Below are positions 23,366-34,354 of a stretch of 64,000 nt of DNA, one piece after another. The stretch comes from Balamuthia mandrillaris (Eukaryota). The stretch is taken from assembly GCA_031835245.2 (NCBI GenBank), contig JAVKOQ020000069.1:62001-126000 (forward strand). Direction: 5' to 3'. Position numbers and translations under genes: made by a program. The notes beneath the pieces are model-generated. The model saw only the letters and a program-made list of their open reading frames with translations, was not told the origin of the DNA and searched no databases. The number at the start of each line of letters is the position of its first letter. Within the stretch, counting starts at the first letter, position 1.

Positions 23366-25090
23366 CTATGTTGCAAGTGGACTTCCAGCAAGAGGCCGGT
23401 TGCAGCAGCTCTGGCTACAACACAACAACTCCCACCAAACTTCTCTTTGCTGGTCCCAATATCTTCTCACGACTTGCCTTGGTTGTCCTTCTGCTTCATT
23501 CTCCTCCTCCTCCTCCTTTTCTGCCTGTAAATACAGCTGCTCACAAACATCACATCTTCTTTGCAACCGTTCCAGTCTTTCCTTCACTTCTTCTGGCAGC
23601 ACCGTGACCTCCTCCACACTCCCTTCTCCTTCTTCTTTTGTTCCTTGCTGGTTTGTGGTCCTCTCTGAAGAAAGCCAAGCGAGGGGCGAAGCTGGAACAG
23701 AGCTCAACAGGCCTGTCGGTAAAAGCTTTTTCCGCAGCACTGTCTCTCCGCTCAAGTGCCACAAATTTTTCACAGTTGCATGGTTGTTTCTCATGGGCGT
23801 TGATTGGTTGGGTTTCGCTCTTTTCTTCTGCTTCTCCCTGACCTCTTGCTGATGAAAGGGTTGCTGGGAGAGCTCCAAGGACGGAAGAAGCAAAACCATA
23901 GAGCAAGGCAGTGCTGCCAAGGGGTTATCATCCAGGTGGCAGTTGGAGAGAGCAGTGAGCTGGCCAAATTCTCTCGGCAAGGAGGTCAGCTTGTTGTAGG
24001 AGAGATAGCACACAGCAAGCGCGGTGAGCTGGCCAAACTCTCTCGGCAAGGATGAAAGCTTGTTGTTGTGAAGGTTGCAGTGGGTGAGAGAGGTGAGCTG
24101 GCCAAACTCCATTGGCAAGGAGGTCAGCTTGTTGTTATTGAGGTAGCACACAGTGAGAGAGTTGAGCTGGCCAAATTCGCTCGGCAAGGAGGCCAGCTCG
24201 TTATTGTTGAGGTTGCAGTGGGTGAGAGCGGTGAGCCGACCAAACTCCCTCGGCAAAGAGGTCAGCTTGTTGTCGGGGAGGTAGCAGCGTCTGAGCGCAG
24301 TGAGCTGGCCAAACTCCATTGGCAAGGAGGCCAGCTTGTTGTTGTTAAGGTAGCACACAGTGAGAGCGGTGAGCTGGCCAAACTCCCTTGGTAAGGAGGT
24401 CAGCTTGTTGTTGGAGAGGTTGCAGTGGGAGAGAGCTGTGAGCTGGCCAAACTCGCTCGGCAAGGAGGTAAGCTTGTTGTCGTTGAGGTAGCAGGAGGTA
24501 AGAGCGAACAGCTGGCCAAACTCGCTCGGCAAGGAGGTCAGCTGGTTGTTGGAGAGGTAGCACTGGGTGAGAGCGGAGAGCTGGCCAAATTCTCTTGGCA
24601 AGGAGGTCAGACTGTTGTAGGAGAGGCAGCACGCGGTGAGGGCGGTGAGCTGGCCAAACTCTCTCGGCAAGGATGAAAGCTTGTTGTTGGTGAGGTAGCA
24701 AGCGGTGAGAGCGATGAGCTGGCCAAATTCACTCGGCAAGGAGGTCAGCTTGTTTTTGGTGAGGTTGAGGTGAGTGAGAGCGGTGAGCTGGCCAAATTCC
24801 CTCGGCAAAGAGGTCAGCTCGTTGTTGGAGAGGTTGCACTGGGTGAGGACGGTGAGCTGGCCAAATTCTCTCGGCAAGGAGGTCAGCTCGTTGTTGCTGA
24901 GGTCGCAGTAGGCAAGAGCGCTGAGCCGACCAAACGCCCTCGGCAAAGAGGTCAAACCTTTGTAGGAGAGGCAGCAGATGGTTGAGTGTACCAAGGGTTG
25001 GAGAACCGGGGGAAGGGCGAAAATTTCCTCTTCCTCCTGTTCCTCTTCCTCAGCCAACGCCTCGCTCTTGTCTCCCGGTGCAGGCTCCAT
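23366..25090 (-). CDS. Leucine-rich repeat protein with about 15-16 near-identical 23-aa LRRs
   Basis: Tandem LTSLPREFGQLTALTxCxLxxNK units (69-bp DNA repeat) and a Cys-containing C-terminal cap (CDVC...CCSQSC). The start is uncertain. Confidence 0.9.
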   Translation of the reverse strand: MEPAPGDKSEALAEEEEQEEEEIFALPPVLQPLVHSTICCLSYKGLTSLPRAFGRLSALAYCDLSNNELTSLPREFGQLTVLTQCNLSNNELTSLPREFGQLTALTHLNLTKNKLTSLPSEFGQLIALTACYLTNNKLSSLPREFGQLTALTACCLSYNSLTSLPREFGQLSALTQCYLSNNQLTSLPSEFGQLFALTSCYLNDNKLTSLPSEFGQLTALSHCNLSNNKLTSLPREFGQLTALTVCYLNNNKLASLPMEFGQLTALRRCYLPDNKLTSLPREFGRLTALTHCNLNNNELASLPSEFGQLNSLTVCYLNNNKLTSLPMEFGQLTSLTHCNLHNNKLSSLPREFGQLTALAVCYLSYNKLTSLPREFGQLTALSNCHLDDNPLAALPCSMVLLLPSLELSQQPFHQQEVREKQKKRAKPNQSTPMRNNHATVKNLWHLSGETVLRKKLLPTGLLSSVPASPLAWLSSERTTNQQGTKEEGEGSVEEVTVLPEEVKERLERLQRRCDVCEQLYLQAEKEEEEENEAEGQPRQVVRRYWDQQREVWWELLCCSQSCCNRPLAGSPLAT

Positions 25091-25226
25091 TTCCCCCTCG
25101 GCTGCGCGCTTCGCTTTGTCTTGGATGGTGGCAAAGATAAAACAAAATTGCAGGAACAATTAGAAATTTACCAGACGGCTTGAATGAGCTTTAGGTTAAG
25201 CCACGACAACAATCAAATTTCATCAA

Positions 25227-25297
25227 GCATCCGTAGTCTAGGGGCATGATTTCCGCCTGCCACGCGGGAGGCCCGGGTTCAACTCCCGGCGGATGCA
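25227..25297 (+). tRNA. tRNA-Gly(GCC)
   Basis: Acceptor stem GCATCCG/CGGATGC, anticodon loop CTGCCAC, T-loop TTCAACT and a downstream T6 terminator. Confidence 0.95.
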
Positions 25298-25702
25298 CAT
25301 TCTTTTTTGCTTTTGTTTTAGTTGATCTACTCGATGCAAGTGGTATGCAGGCTGTTATGTGTGCTTTTAGAGGTTTGGTTAATTCAGTAGGCATTGTTTG
25401 TCTCCTTTCTACCCTGGGCACCACTAGCGCTAGTGGTGCGTCTCTTGCGTGATTTTTTTACTGAACTTATTTATTTGGAAAGAAACACAACATTCAAATA
25501 TCACTGCATTAAAAGCAAGTTTGCTGGTTACTCACCGCTGCCAGGGTAGACCGGCTGTGCCACAAAGAGGAAAAAAGAGGAGCGGAGAGGAAAGGAGAAT
25601 AACATCACAACGCGGTGGTATACAAAAAAACCCCCTTCCCGCTGGCCTCTGTATACTACTTGCATTGAGTGGATCAACTAAAACATAAGCAAAAAAGGAA
25701 TG

Positions 25703-25773
25703 TGCATCCGCCGGGAGTTGAACCCGGGCCTCCCGCGTGGCAGGCGGAAATCATGCCCCTAGACTACGGATGC
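25703..25773 (-). tRNA. tRNA-Gly(GCC), identical inverted copy
   Basis: Exact reverse complement of 25227-25297, followed by a T6 tract on the minus strand. Confidence 0.95.
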
Positions 25774-25925
25774 TGGGTGGTAAGTTTCACTGAATTTTGC
25801 TTTCTGGTTGTCAAAGTACGTTCTGTTGTATGATTCTTTGTTGGCCATCTCACAGCTGGTTTTGCAATGGTCCCTGCAGTGACGAAAAACCACAACGAAA
25901 AGCTTAGTAGGCAGTCTATTCTTGT

Positions 25926-28605
25926 TTATGGTTGTAGCAGTCGAAGGAAAGAAGCACACTCCTCAAAACCATACAGCTCAGCCACATCCACCGCTGTTTC
26001 TCCTCTAAAGTTCGTCACCTCAAAGTCGATCGCCTGAGACAAGTCTTTGATCTCCTCTTTCATCACCTCCAACAAATTCAGATGGTTATTCTGACAACAC
26101 AAATGAATCGGAGTGTTGCCCTCAAAATCTTTCGTGTTGTTGAGAAGTTGAGGCAGTTGTTGTTGAAGCTGAAGCTGAGATAAGATGTAGCGAAGCAGTT
26201 GTTTGGTAGTTTCGGTGACGTGTCCTTCTTCTGCGTTGCAAAGAAGATGAAGAGGAGTTCCTCCCCTTGAATAGACGTCGCAGATGAAACGATCCTCTTC
26301 AATTTCATCTGTGTCGTTACCACCCTCTTCGGTAACTCCATTTTGCTGTTGTAAATAAATGGAGGTAGAGTGAAGATCAAGACCGGCAGTTTCGATGCAG
26401 AGACGAGTTGCTTCGATGTTATTAAAGCGGACCGCCCTTCATTGGAAGGAAAGGTGAGCTCAAACAACGAGAAAGTAGAAAAGATAGAAAAAGAGGTTGG
26501 AAAAGAAAGCAAAGATTGGTACCGATGCAACAAAGTGAGGCCTTCTTCATCTCGATAGTCTTTCATTCGTTGCTTTATCCTCTCATCAAAGATGTTTGTT
26601 CCTCTCTTCTCCACAATCAACATTAACGCATGAATATCTCCCATTTTGATCGCCACGTCCAAGGCATTGTTTTCTACATTTTTTGACGAAGAAGGAGCAG
26701 CAGAAGAATGCAAACTCGCTCCAAAGTCCAACAACAGAGCAACTGCATCCAACACGCCATGTTGTAGCGCTAACACCAACGGAGTATCGCCGTTACGATT
26801 GGGTTCGTCAATCAGCGGACTAAAGTCAATGCTCTCGTGCAACAAAAACTTTCCTCTTCTTTCGTTTCCGTTATGTGATAATAGCGTCTTGATGCATGAA
26901 CAAAACTCGAGAGAAGTTGCAGCTTTGTGGAGTAATGAGTTTCCTTCTTCGTCGCGATATTCCATCAAAGCAATTGTTGTTACCTTCTTTGCTTCCCCTC
27001 TTTCTTCTTCATTCTCCTCTTCGTTGTTGTCGTTGTTTAAAATGTGATCCAAAAAAGCAGTAACACAAGGAACATTTAGAGCCGCTGCTGCTTCGTCGAG
27101 AGCAGTTCTTTGATTGTTGTTGAGAAGAGATGGGTCAGCCCCAGAAGACAGGAAGAGAGTGATGAGAGATGGAGGAAGTCCGGCTTTCACCGCGTTGTGT
27201 AATGGTGTTTCTCCGGTTTGTTGTGCCGGAACATTTAATTGAGATGGATCCTTTGCTGAATTACGACAAGAAATGTGAGAAGGAAGAAAGTGAGAAAAGG
27301 AGAAGGAGAACAACTAGAACACAAAGAAGAAAAGAAGAAAAGAAGAAAAGGATAAAGACAAAGATAGAAGAAAGAATAGTGTCCTCGGTACCGAGAAGTA
27401 ACTCAATGCATTTCAAGTCTTCCGCGGCATAGCAATGGTGCATAGCCAAGCCGTCTGAAGCTGAACGACGGGCGCTTTGTTGCAACTGCTGCTGTAAATG
27501 TTTCTCTTTCAACGCCATCGTTGCCAAATGAAGCGGCGTGTTACCGTCGTTGTCCTTTCTTCCAATGTCTGAAGTAACATCGCGAGACAATAGCATCTCC
27601 ATTATTTCAGCATTTCCTGCCATCGCCGCTTGATGTAACAATGAAGTTGCGTGTTGCTCTTGCTCTTTTTCTTTTTGCGAAAAGTATTGTTCGATCATGA
27701 GTTTGGCAGCAGCGAGGTTGCCTCTTTCTATGGCTTTATAGAACGCAGTCTCTCCTTGTTTGTTGCAGACCTGAAAGAGAAAAGAGCTAAGATAATGGAG
27801 ACTGAAAGCAAGAGAGAAGAGAGCAGAGGAGCGTAGCGGTGAAGAGCGCAACGCGGTGAGAGGAAAGAAGAATGAAAGCTCATACAAGAACGGAAGCCCC
27901 GTGCTGAAGCAACAACTGCACACACTCCAGCGAGGCGGAGGGATTAGCCACGGCCTTATGCAACGCAGTCTCCGCATGAGCATTGAGGTGAGAAGGCGAG
28001 GCTCCTTTGGAGAGCAAATACTCGATGGCCTTCTCATCGGAGCGAAGCGCGCAGAGGTGCAGTGCCGTGTTGAGATAGTTAGGTTCCTTGTAGTTCACGT
28101 CTGCTCCATGCTCCACCAGTAACTCTTTTTTTTAAAAAAAGATTAAAAACAAAAGAAAAGAGAGAAAAAAAAAAGAAGAAAGAAAAGGAAGAAGGTAACT
28201 GATATAATCCAGTCTGGCAAGTTTAGCAGCGCCACACAGCGCTTCGTTGATTTGCTTGGCGGAGGGGACTCCCTTTTGCAGCACCGCCAGCAGGCATCCC
28301 TCGTTGCGCGCGATGCCGCTGGTGATGGCGCTCATCAAGCAGCTCTTCTTGTTGCTCCTGCTGCGCCCCTCGAGGCTCTCCACGTCCGCAGAGTGTCGCT
28401 CGAGGAGGAAGCCGGCCATCTCGGGCTGACCGGAGCGAAGGCAGCAGTGCAGCAGGCGGTCGATGGAGGATTGCGGAATAGAACCAGAAGACTCTTGCAA
28501 GAGGGCCTGGAAGCGAGCGAACGCACTGTCCGGGCCTTCTCCTTCTTCCCCTCGTGGGCGAGAAACGCATTCCTCAAGCCTCGCCATTACTCTTTCTGCT
28601 TCCAT
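25926..28605 (-). CDS. Ankyrin repeat protein; multi-exon
   Basis: Many ANK motifs: NTALHLCA, ETALHKAV, GNTPLHLA, GETPLHNAV, GDTPLVLAL, GETAVDVA. Confidence 0.85.
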
Positions 28606-29400
28606 TTTATTTTGTTTTATTTTATTTTTGTTTTCCGTTTTTGTCGACACGTGAAGATTGCCAATCTTGTGCTCGAAAACTGCAGAATTGGTGTTCCAAA
28701 GAAGCCCAACGGCCTCAGAAATTCTGCAGTATCAATGAGGTCAGCAATTTTTATTTATAGAAATTTGTGACGTCATTGAAATAAATGAATTGATAGCACG
28801 AGAAATATCTGGCCAGATATTTGCGCGGTGACGCGCCCACACCAAAGCAAGAGACCGGAAGCGAAGGGAAACAGCAAGCAAGGAAGGAAGGCAAACGGAC
28901 GAGGCGGCGGCTCTCGGATGACGTCCCATGCACCTGACATATTTCTTTCTCAGTTGACCGAGCTAGTGGAGAGTTTCACTAGGTTAGGTTTTTTCTCCTG
29001 TTTTTTTTTTTGGGGGGGGGTTGTGGTTGTGATTTTGTTTACAATTTTTTGTTTTTGAGAGCCAACTTCTCTCTGCCTGACCGTCTTCTCTCTTATTGTA
29101 TCCTCTATCCGCTCTTCTTTTTTTTTCTCCCTCTCTCCTCCACACAAAAAAAGACTTGAGAATGAAGTAGACGAATTTTTCAATGAAGCGTTACGCCCAC
29201 GTGTTCGAGGTCTCTATCCTCCTCCCTCTGAGCGCTTTCGGCGCTGGCAAGAGAAGTTCTTGAAAGACAAAAATTGAATGAGTCCCACCCATCCTTTACT
29301 TAGCTTACGGAGCTTTTCGCCCGGAGTGAACTCTCACCACTCCGCGCACAAAGGAAAAAAACAAACTACCTTGCATGTTTTTTTTTCTCTATTTTTTTTT

Positions 29401-30485
29401 TCAATGTGAACTATCATCATCACTATCTTTCCGTTGCTTCTCTTTTTGTTCCTCTTTTTGTTGTGTTCCTTTGCCTCCGTTCTCCTCATCATCCTCGTCC
29501 TCACTATCTTTCTGTTGCTTCGCTCTTTGATCCGCATTTTGTTGTGTTCCTTTGCCTCCGCTCTCCTCATCATCCTCGTCGTATTCCTCCTCTTCATCCA
29601 CGTTACGCCCTGCTCTAACTTTGATGTTATACGTCACTAAGAGAACGAGCGTCTCCACTAGCAACAGTCCAATCAACGTCTGCCCGCCAAACACCGCAGC
29701 GGTCAACCACCAGTTACGTCCAGCATTCTTCAAAGAGATGAGCACCAGGAACGCGACCACCGCCGCAAAAGCCAAAAGGAAGATCCCGAACATCAACCAT
29801 TTGGCCCACCCACTGCCTTGCTCTCTTTGTTGCTGAGGAGAGAAGGCCCATGTCAACATCCTTTCGCATGGAAAACGTTCAATGATCTGATAGAAACGAG
29901 GCGTCAAGGGTTATATGCTTGCTTCGTTTTGTTCTTGTTTAAGAAAAACAAGAGAGCAACCTTTAAAGCTATAGCTACGCCAACGCCTTGCGTTATGAAA
30001 GCAATAAGAATGCCTCTTCCTTCTAACCTATCTTCTATGTGTTCCCGGCCAGCTCCTGTGAACCCATACGTGCTGGCAAGCGCTGACAGGAACTCTAAAA
30101 GCAGAATAAATACCTTTTTGAAGGAATAAATAACATATATATTATTTTATTGGTTGGACGGAGAGAGAGAAGGGTGAGGGGGATGACTTACTATCAGGAG
30201 GACTCGAATGCCATGAGGAAGCTCATCGTAAGGATTACCACAAAACAGAGTCGTTAACGTGTGATTGTGCTTGAGAAACTTCCAACAAGAAGATTCAAGA
30301 GGCTGGCAAAGTACGAGAGAGGTTACCACCCAAAATGAAAGGCCATAACAAAATGAGACCACACACACGAGCATTACCTTTTGCACCGAGAAGGGTAAAC
30401 AAAGACGACTCCCGCAGCAATAGCAATACCCGCCTTGCCAACAGCAGCAACTACAACCGGAGCCATCGTCCTGCAGCCGGGGCAT
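29401..30485 (-). CDS. Hypothetical multi-pass membrane protein with an acidic repeated tail; multi-exon
   Basis: Cys-rich first exon, GT-AG introns, hydrophobic helices (WLMFGIFLLAFAAVVAFLVLI, LIGLLLVETLVLLV) and an acidic C-terminus. Confidence 0.55.
29421..29580. repeat. Two-copy tandem repeat of about 81 bp encoding DEDDEExGGKGTQQ...QxKDS
   Basis: CACTATCTTTC...CTCCTCATCATCCTCGTC starts at 29421 and again at 29502. Confidence 0.8.
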
Positions 30486-30780
30486 CTTGTTGCGCGTTTG
30501 GTTTTTTGCGTTGCGTGCCAGGTCTTTGGTGCTGCTTGTTTTTATTGCCTATCTATTATCTGTATTGTTACAGATTAACAAATTTATGATCGGCCAATTT
30601 AAGCTTATTTGGTAGTAATAGATCCGAACAAACCTTTATTTGGGTTATTCCGCCTATTTATGCCCGATGACATAACCTTTTCTCCGTTAAGGTAATGCTG
30701 ACATCATTAATTCAACCAAAAATTTTATTATAATAAAATAATAATAATAAAATACTATTCTGCTTGCTGTTTGTGGCTCA

Positions 30781-31686
30781 TTAATGGCGGTCACTCGAAT
30801 CCAACAAAGCAGCACAGCTCCGAGTGACCTGTTGGTAAACGCGCTCGAAGCTTTCCTCTCCGTCGTAGTAAGGGTCGCCGATGATGCGTTGGCCTTCAGG
30901 GTCGTAGCTGCCCAGCAATCGGAGGGTGGCAAAGGCGGAGTGGTTGGTCGTCTGCTTTTTGGCTTTGCTTTCGAGGCTTTGAAGGTCGGCCAGGTTGCTT
31001 TCGTCCATGCAAAGGATGTACTCAAAGGTGGTAAAGTCTTCAATGCAAACCTCTTTTTCAAAAAAAAAAAACACACAAACAAAACACATTTGTCAAGAAA
31101 AGAACAGAGAACGAGACAAAACAAAAAGGGAAGAAAGAAGAAGAAGAAGAAGAAGAAGAAGAAGAAGAAGAAGAAGAAGAAGAAGAAGAAGAAGAAGAAG
31201 AAGAAGAAGAAGAAGAAGAAGAAGAACAAGAAGAACAAGAAGAAGAAGAACAAGAAGAACAAGAAGAAGAACAAGAACAAAGAGAGTGTTGTACGAACGA
31301 CGGGCGAGACTAGGCTTTGGGGCTTTGCTGCCGTATTTTTGCTTCAGGCATTTGAGGGTACGAGGATCCGGTTTTTCGCCGATGTGGTAACCACTTGTTC
31401 CTGCTGAGTCCACTCGCCTTCAAAAAAAGAAAAAAAAAAGAAGCGGGTGAGAAAAAAAAAGCGGGTGAGAAAAAAAAATGAAGAAAAAGTGAAAAAGCAC
31501 AAACGGGATGAGAAGCCGTCGCTGTCAACAAGAGAAGAACAAACACACACGAAAAAGTGTATACCATTCGTGGGTCAAACCACGCTCTTCCAGCATGTAG
31601 CGAAACACCATTTCGGCCATGGGGGAACGGCAGATGTTTCCGAGGCACACAAACAACACGCTGCGCTTTGCTTCCTTGCTGTCCAT
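30781..31686 (-). CDS. ACP1: Low-molecular-weight protein tyrosine phosphatase; 3 exons
   Basis: VLFVCLGNICRSPMAE P-loop, DSAGTSGYHIG, YILCMDESN and IGDPYY. Confidence 0.95.
31133..31280. repeat. Intronic (AAG)n/(AAGAAC) microsatellite
   Basis: Long GAA run inside intron 2 of ACP1. Confidence 0.9.
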
Positions 31687-31896
31687 CTTGTCTTCTTCTC
31701 TCTCTTCTATTCCAATTTTGGGTCGACATGACAAAACAAGAAAGAATGAAAACCAACATGACTCCCGAGAGGAAGAGCAATGTCTTGAGCAGCACGGGTG
31801 AAACACCTAAACAAACGTTCTCTCCGGCCAAGGAGAACTGCTCTTTCAGTGTTCACCTCATCTCACCAACGTCAGAGGAAAACCGATGTTTATATA

Positions 31897-32262
31897 TCAC
31901 ATATACAAGCAGAACCAATAAACAAAACGAACCAACCATTCACCGGAGAGCCGGGAAGCTGAAGAAGTCCTGCTGCCTCCTCCCATGGGCTGCACCCATC
32001 GCCCAGTGGAGCAAGTGGACTGGGACATGTAGCAAGCATCCGCACAGGCCGCCTGGTGGGCTGCCCAACCGTAACACATGCCGATGCAGACCTTGAGGGC
32101 GCCGTAGCACTTGCAGACCTCGTTCGGCTCTTCTGCAGCGGTGTCGATGCAGTCGTCAAAGGCGGAGGAGCAGTCGGCTGGTTCGTTGCAGATCTCTTTG
32201 GAGGAGGCCATCATAACCTGGACAGCAGCCAACAAGACAAGACAGAACGATGTAAACCTCAT
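31897..32262 (-). CDS. Small secreted Cys-rich protein, possibly with a spliced hydrophobic (GPI/TM) tail
   Basis: Signal peptide MRFTSFCLVLLAAVQVMMA and 10 Cys in the mature part. A candidate donor near 31943 makes the 3' end uncertain. Confidence 0.65.
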   Translation of the reverse strand: MRFTSFCLVLLAAVQVMMASSKEICNEPADCSSAFDDCIDTAAEEPNEVCKCYGALKVCIGMCYGWAAHQAACADACYMSQSTCSTGRWVQPMGGGSRTSSASRLSGEWLVRFVYWFCLYM

Positions 32263-32526
32263 CTGCTCGCCTCTGCGTTTTCAAAGGGTACCAGCTGTAG
32301 TTTTGCAACAGTAAAGAACGGGAACAGGCAACACCGGCGGCACAAAGCAAGCGATTGGTTGTCAGGCTTGCCATCACCTGCCGCAAGGTCGTGTTTTCGC
32401 TTTCACTTTTTCGCCAAGCGAAGTCACATGACATCCCCGCCTGCCTTTTGGCTTTTTTTTTTTCGTTTCGCCCAATACCCTGCAACCTTTGAACTCCTTC
32501 TTTTGCTCACCCTTCCGGTCTAACCT

Positions 32527-32633
32527 GAGAGAAAGAGAAAGAGAAAGAGAAAGAGAAAGAGAAAGAGAAAGAGAAAGAGAAAGAGAAAGAGAAAGAGAAA
32601 GAGAAAGAGAAAGAGAAAGAGAAAGAGAAAGAG
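32527..32633. repeat. (GAGAAA)n hexanucleotide microsatellite
   Basis: About 17 perfect units. Confidence 0.9.
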
Positions 32634-32772
32634 ATAGAAAAGAGAAGCGGAGAGGAGAGAAGAGAGAAGAGAGCACGAAAATCACCGCGTTACTTAGGCA
32701 ATAAATTAATTGAGGGTGATAATGAGCGACATTTGCCAAGGGATTGCTGAGAGAAAAAAAAAAAGATAAAGA

Positions 32773-33597
32773 ATGGAACAAGACCCAACGGAGGACGCCA
32801 GACAACAAGCCGGAAAAGCTGCCCGAGGAATAAAGATAAACCTCGACGAGCTGGAACGGTGCTCCTCTTTCAACTACGGCAAATGCGAGTCCTTCCTCAC
32901 CTCTATAGAACTCTTTAACAGAAGCTCCGAAAACGTTAGGCTCTTCCTTTTGAGTTTTAGCAAAGGAAGAAGCAGAAGCAGCGCTGCTCTTGCAGAACGC
33001 CTGAAAGAAGGAGAGAAGCAACTGTTTCGAAGAGGAGTGCTGCTGATGAAGTACTTGAAAGAAAATTGGGAAGAATTAGTGGCGAGTGTAACGCCAACAA
33101 CAAATACGTATGGCATGCTAAAAGAAGAAGCAAACGGAAAAAGAAAAACATGGAAGAAGCTGAAAGAAAAGTTCGAACAGAGCCTTGCGGAGCAGATAAA
33201 GTTGGTGTTGGTTGTAATACAAGTGAAGCATCGCCTTTCAACTCAACAGCAACAACGCAATTGTAACGGTAACGGAGTGAAGAAGAGCGCGGAAGAAAAG
33301 CAGGAAAGCGGAAAAGAAAAAGAAAAAGAGGATGCAACGAAACTAACACCCGCTTCTTCCAGAAGCAGACGAATGACTACAAGCCCCACACTCGATAAGT
33401 TGTTGCAAGAGGAAGAAGAGAAGCAAAAGAATGAACAAGAACAAGAAGCAGCACCAAAGAAAAAGAAGATGGAAAAAGAGGAAGACGAACAGGTGTTTAA
33501 AGAGGAAGAAGAGATGTGGGCACACCTCGAACGCATGAAACAACGAAACGAGCGGTTGAACCATCTCAAATATGCCAAACAATTGTGGTCCTCCTGA
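32773..33597 (+). CDS. Hypothetical helical/charged protein
   Basis: Intronless 274-aa ATG ORF preceded by an A-rich leader. Confidence 0.6.
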   Translation: MEQDPTEDARQQAGKAARGIKINLDELERCSSFNYGKCESFLTSIELFNRSSENVRLFLLSFSKGRSRSSAALAERLKEGEKQLFRRGVLLMKYLKENWEELVASVTPTTNTYGMLKEEANGKRKTWKKLKEKFEQSLAEQIKLVLVVIQVKHRLSTQQQQRNCNGNGVKKSAEEKQESGKEKEKEDATKLTPASSRSRRMTTSPTLDKLLQEEEEKQKNEQEQEAAPKKKKMEKEEDEQVFKEEEEMWAHLERMKQRNERLNHLKYAKQLWSS

Positions 33598-33999
33598 GAA
33601 CCAACCAACCCACACCAAATTGTACTTGTGCACGAAAGTAAACCACGCACTCGTTTGTGATATCATCATGTTGCTCCATAACAGCACATGGCCGGTTAGA
33701 TAAGAAAACGTTTGTCCTCTCTTATGAAAGGGTCAATAAGAGAGAGATGAACGCTCTCATCGCCTGCGTTGGAGGGGTGGCATAACGGTTGACGTTTGTG
33801 CCTCAATTATTCGTGTCGTCATGATATTTTAAAACTACATCATGACTACTATTTTTAGTAATAGATGACGCGTTGCCTACCTGAAAATTGAACTTTTTTT
33901 TGTGTGTGTTCAATATTTGTTCCAAGAAATTTTTTGCAAAAACAAAGAAAGAAACACACAGCCAGTAAAACAAAACTCGAACGGCAACCCCACCCACAA

Positions 34000-34313
34000 A
34001 TGCCAGAGTTACCCGAGATCCATAGGTACAGCCAAGACATCAACCAGTGGTGCAAGGGCAAACGCTTTCGCCTGGACGGCGGCGGCTACTTTGCCAAGAA
34101 GAGCCCCGACGTGCTGCCCTGGTTTGACAACGCGGGCCTGAAGGATCGGGACCTGCTGGTGGAGAGCAAAGCGAGAGGAAAGGAGCTGCAACTCTGCTTC
34201 ACCGCTGCGGATGACCCCACCAAAACTGCCTACGTAGTCTTCAAACATGGACTGGTACGTTCGTTTTTCTTCGTCGTTGTTTCTCTCTCTTGCTCTCTCT
34301 CCTCTCGCTCTTC

Positions 34314-34354
<41 letters not shown>

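Noticed and set aside
30687..31413. Poly-Phe/Lys/Arg/Leu ORFs
   Set aside because: These are translations of an intronic (AAG)n microsatellite in ACP1. The same applies to the (CT)n and (GA)n ORFs at about 2.5, 32.5, 36.8, 51.6 and 63.6 kb.
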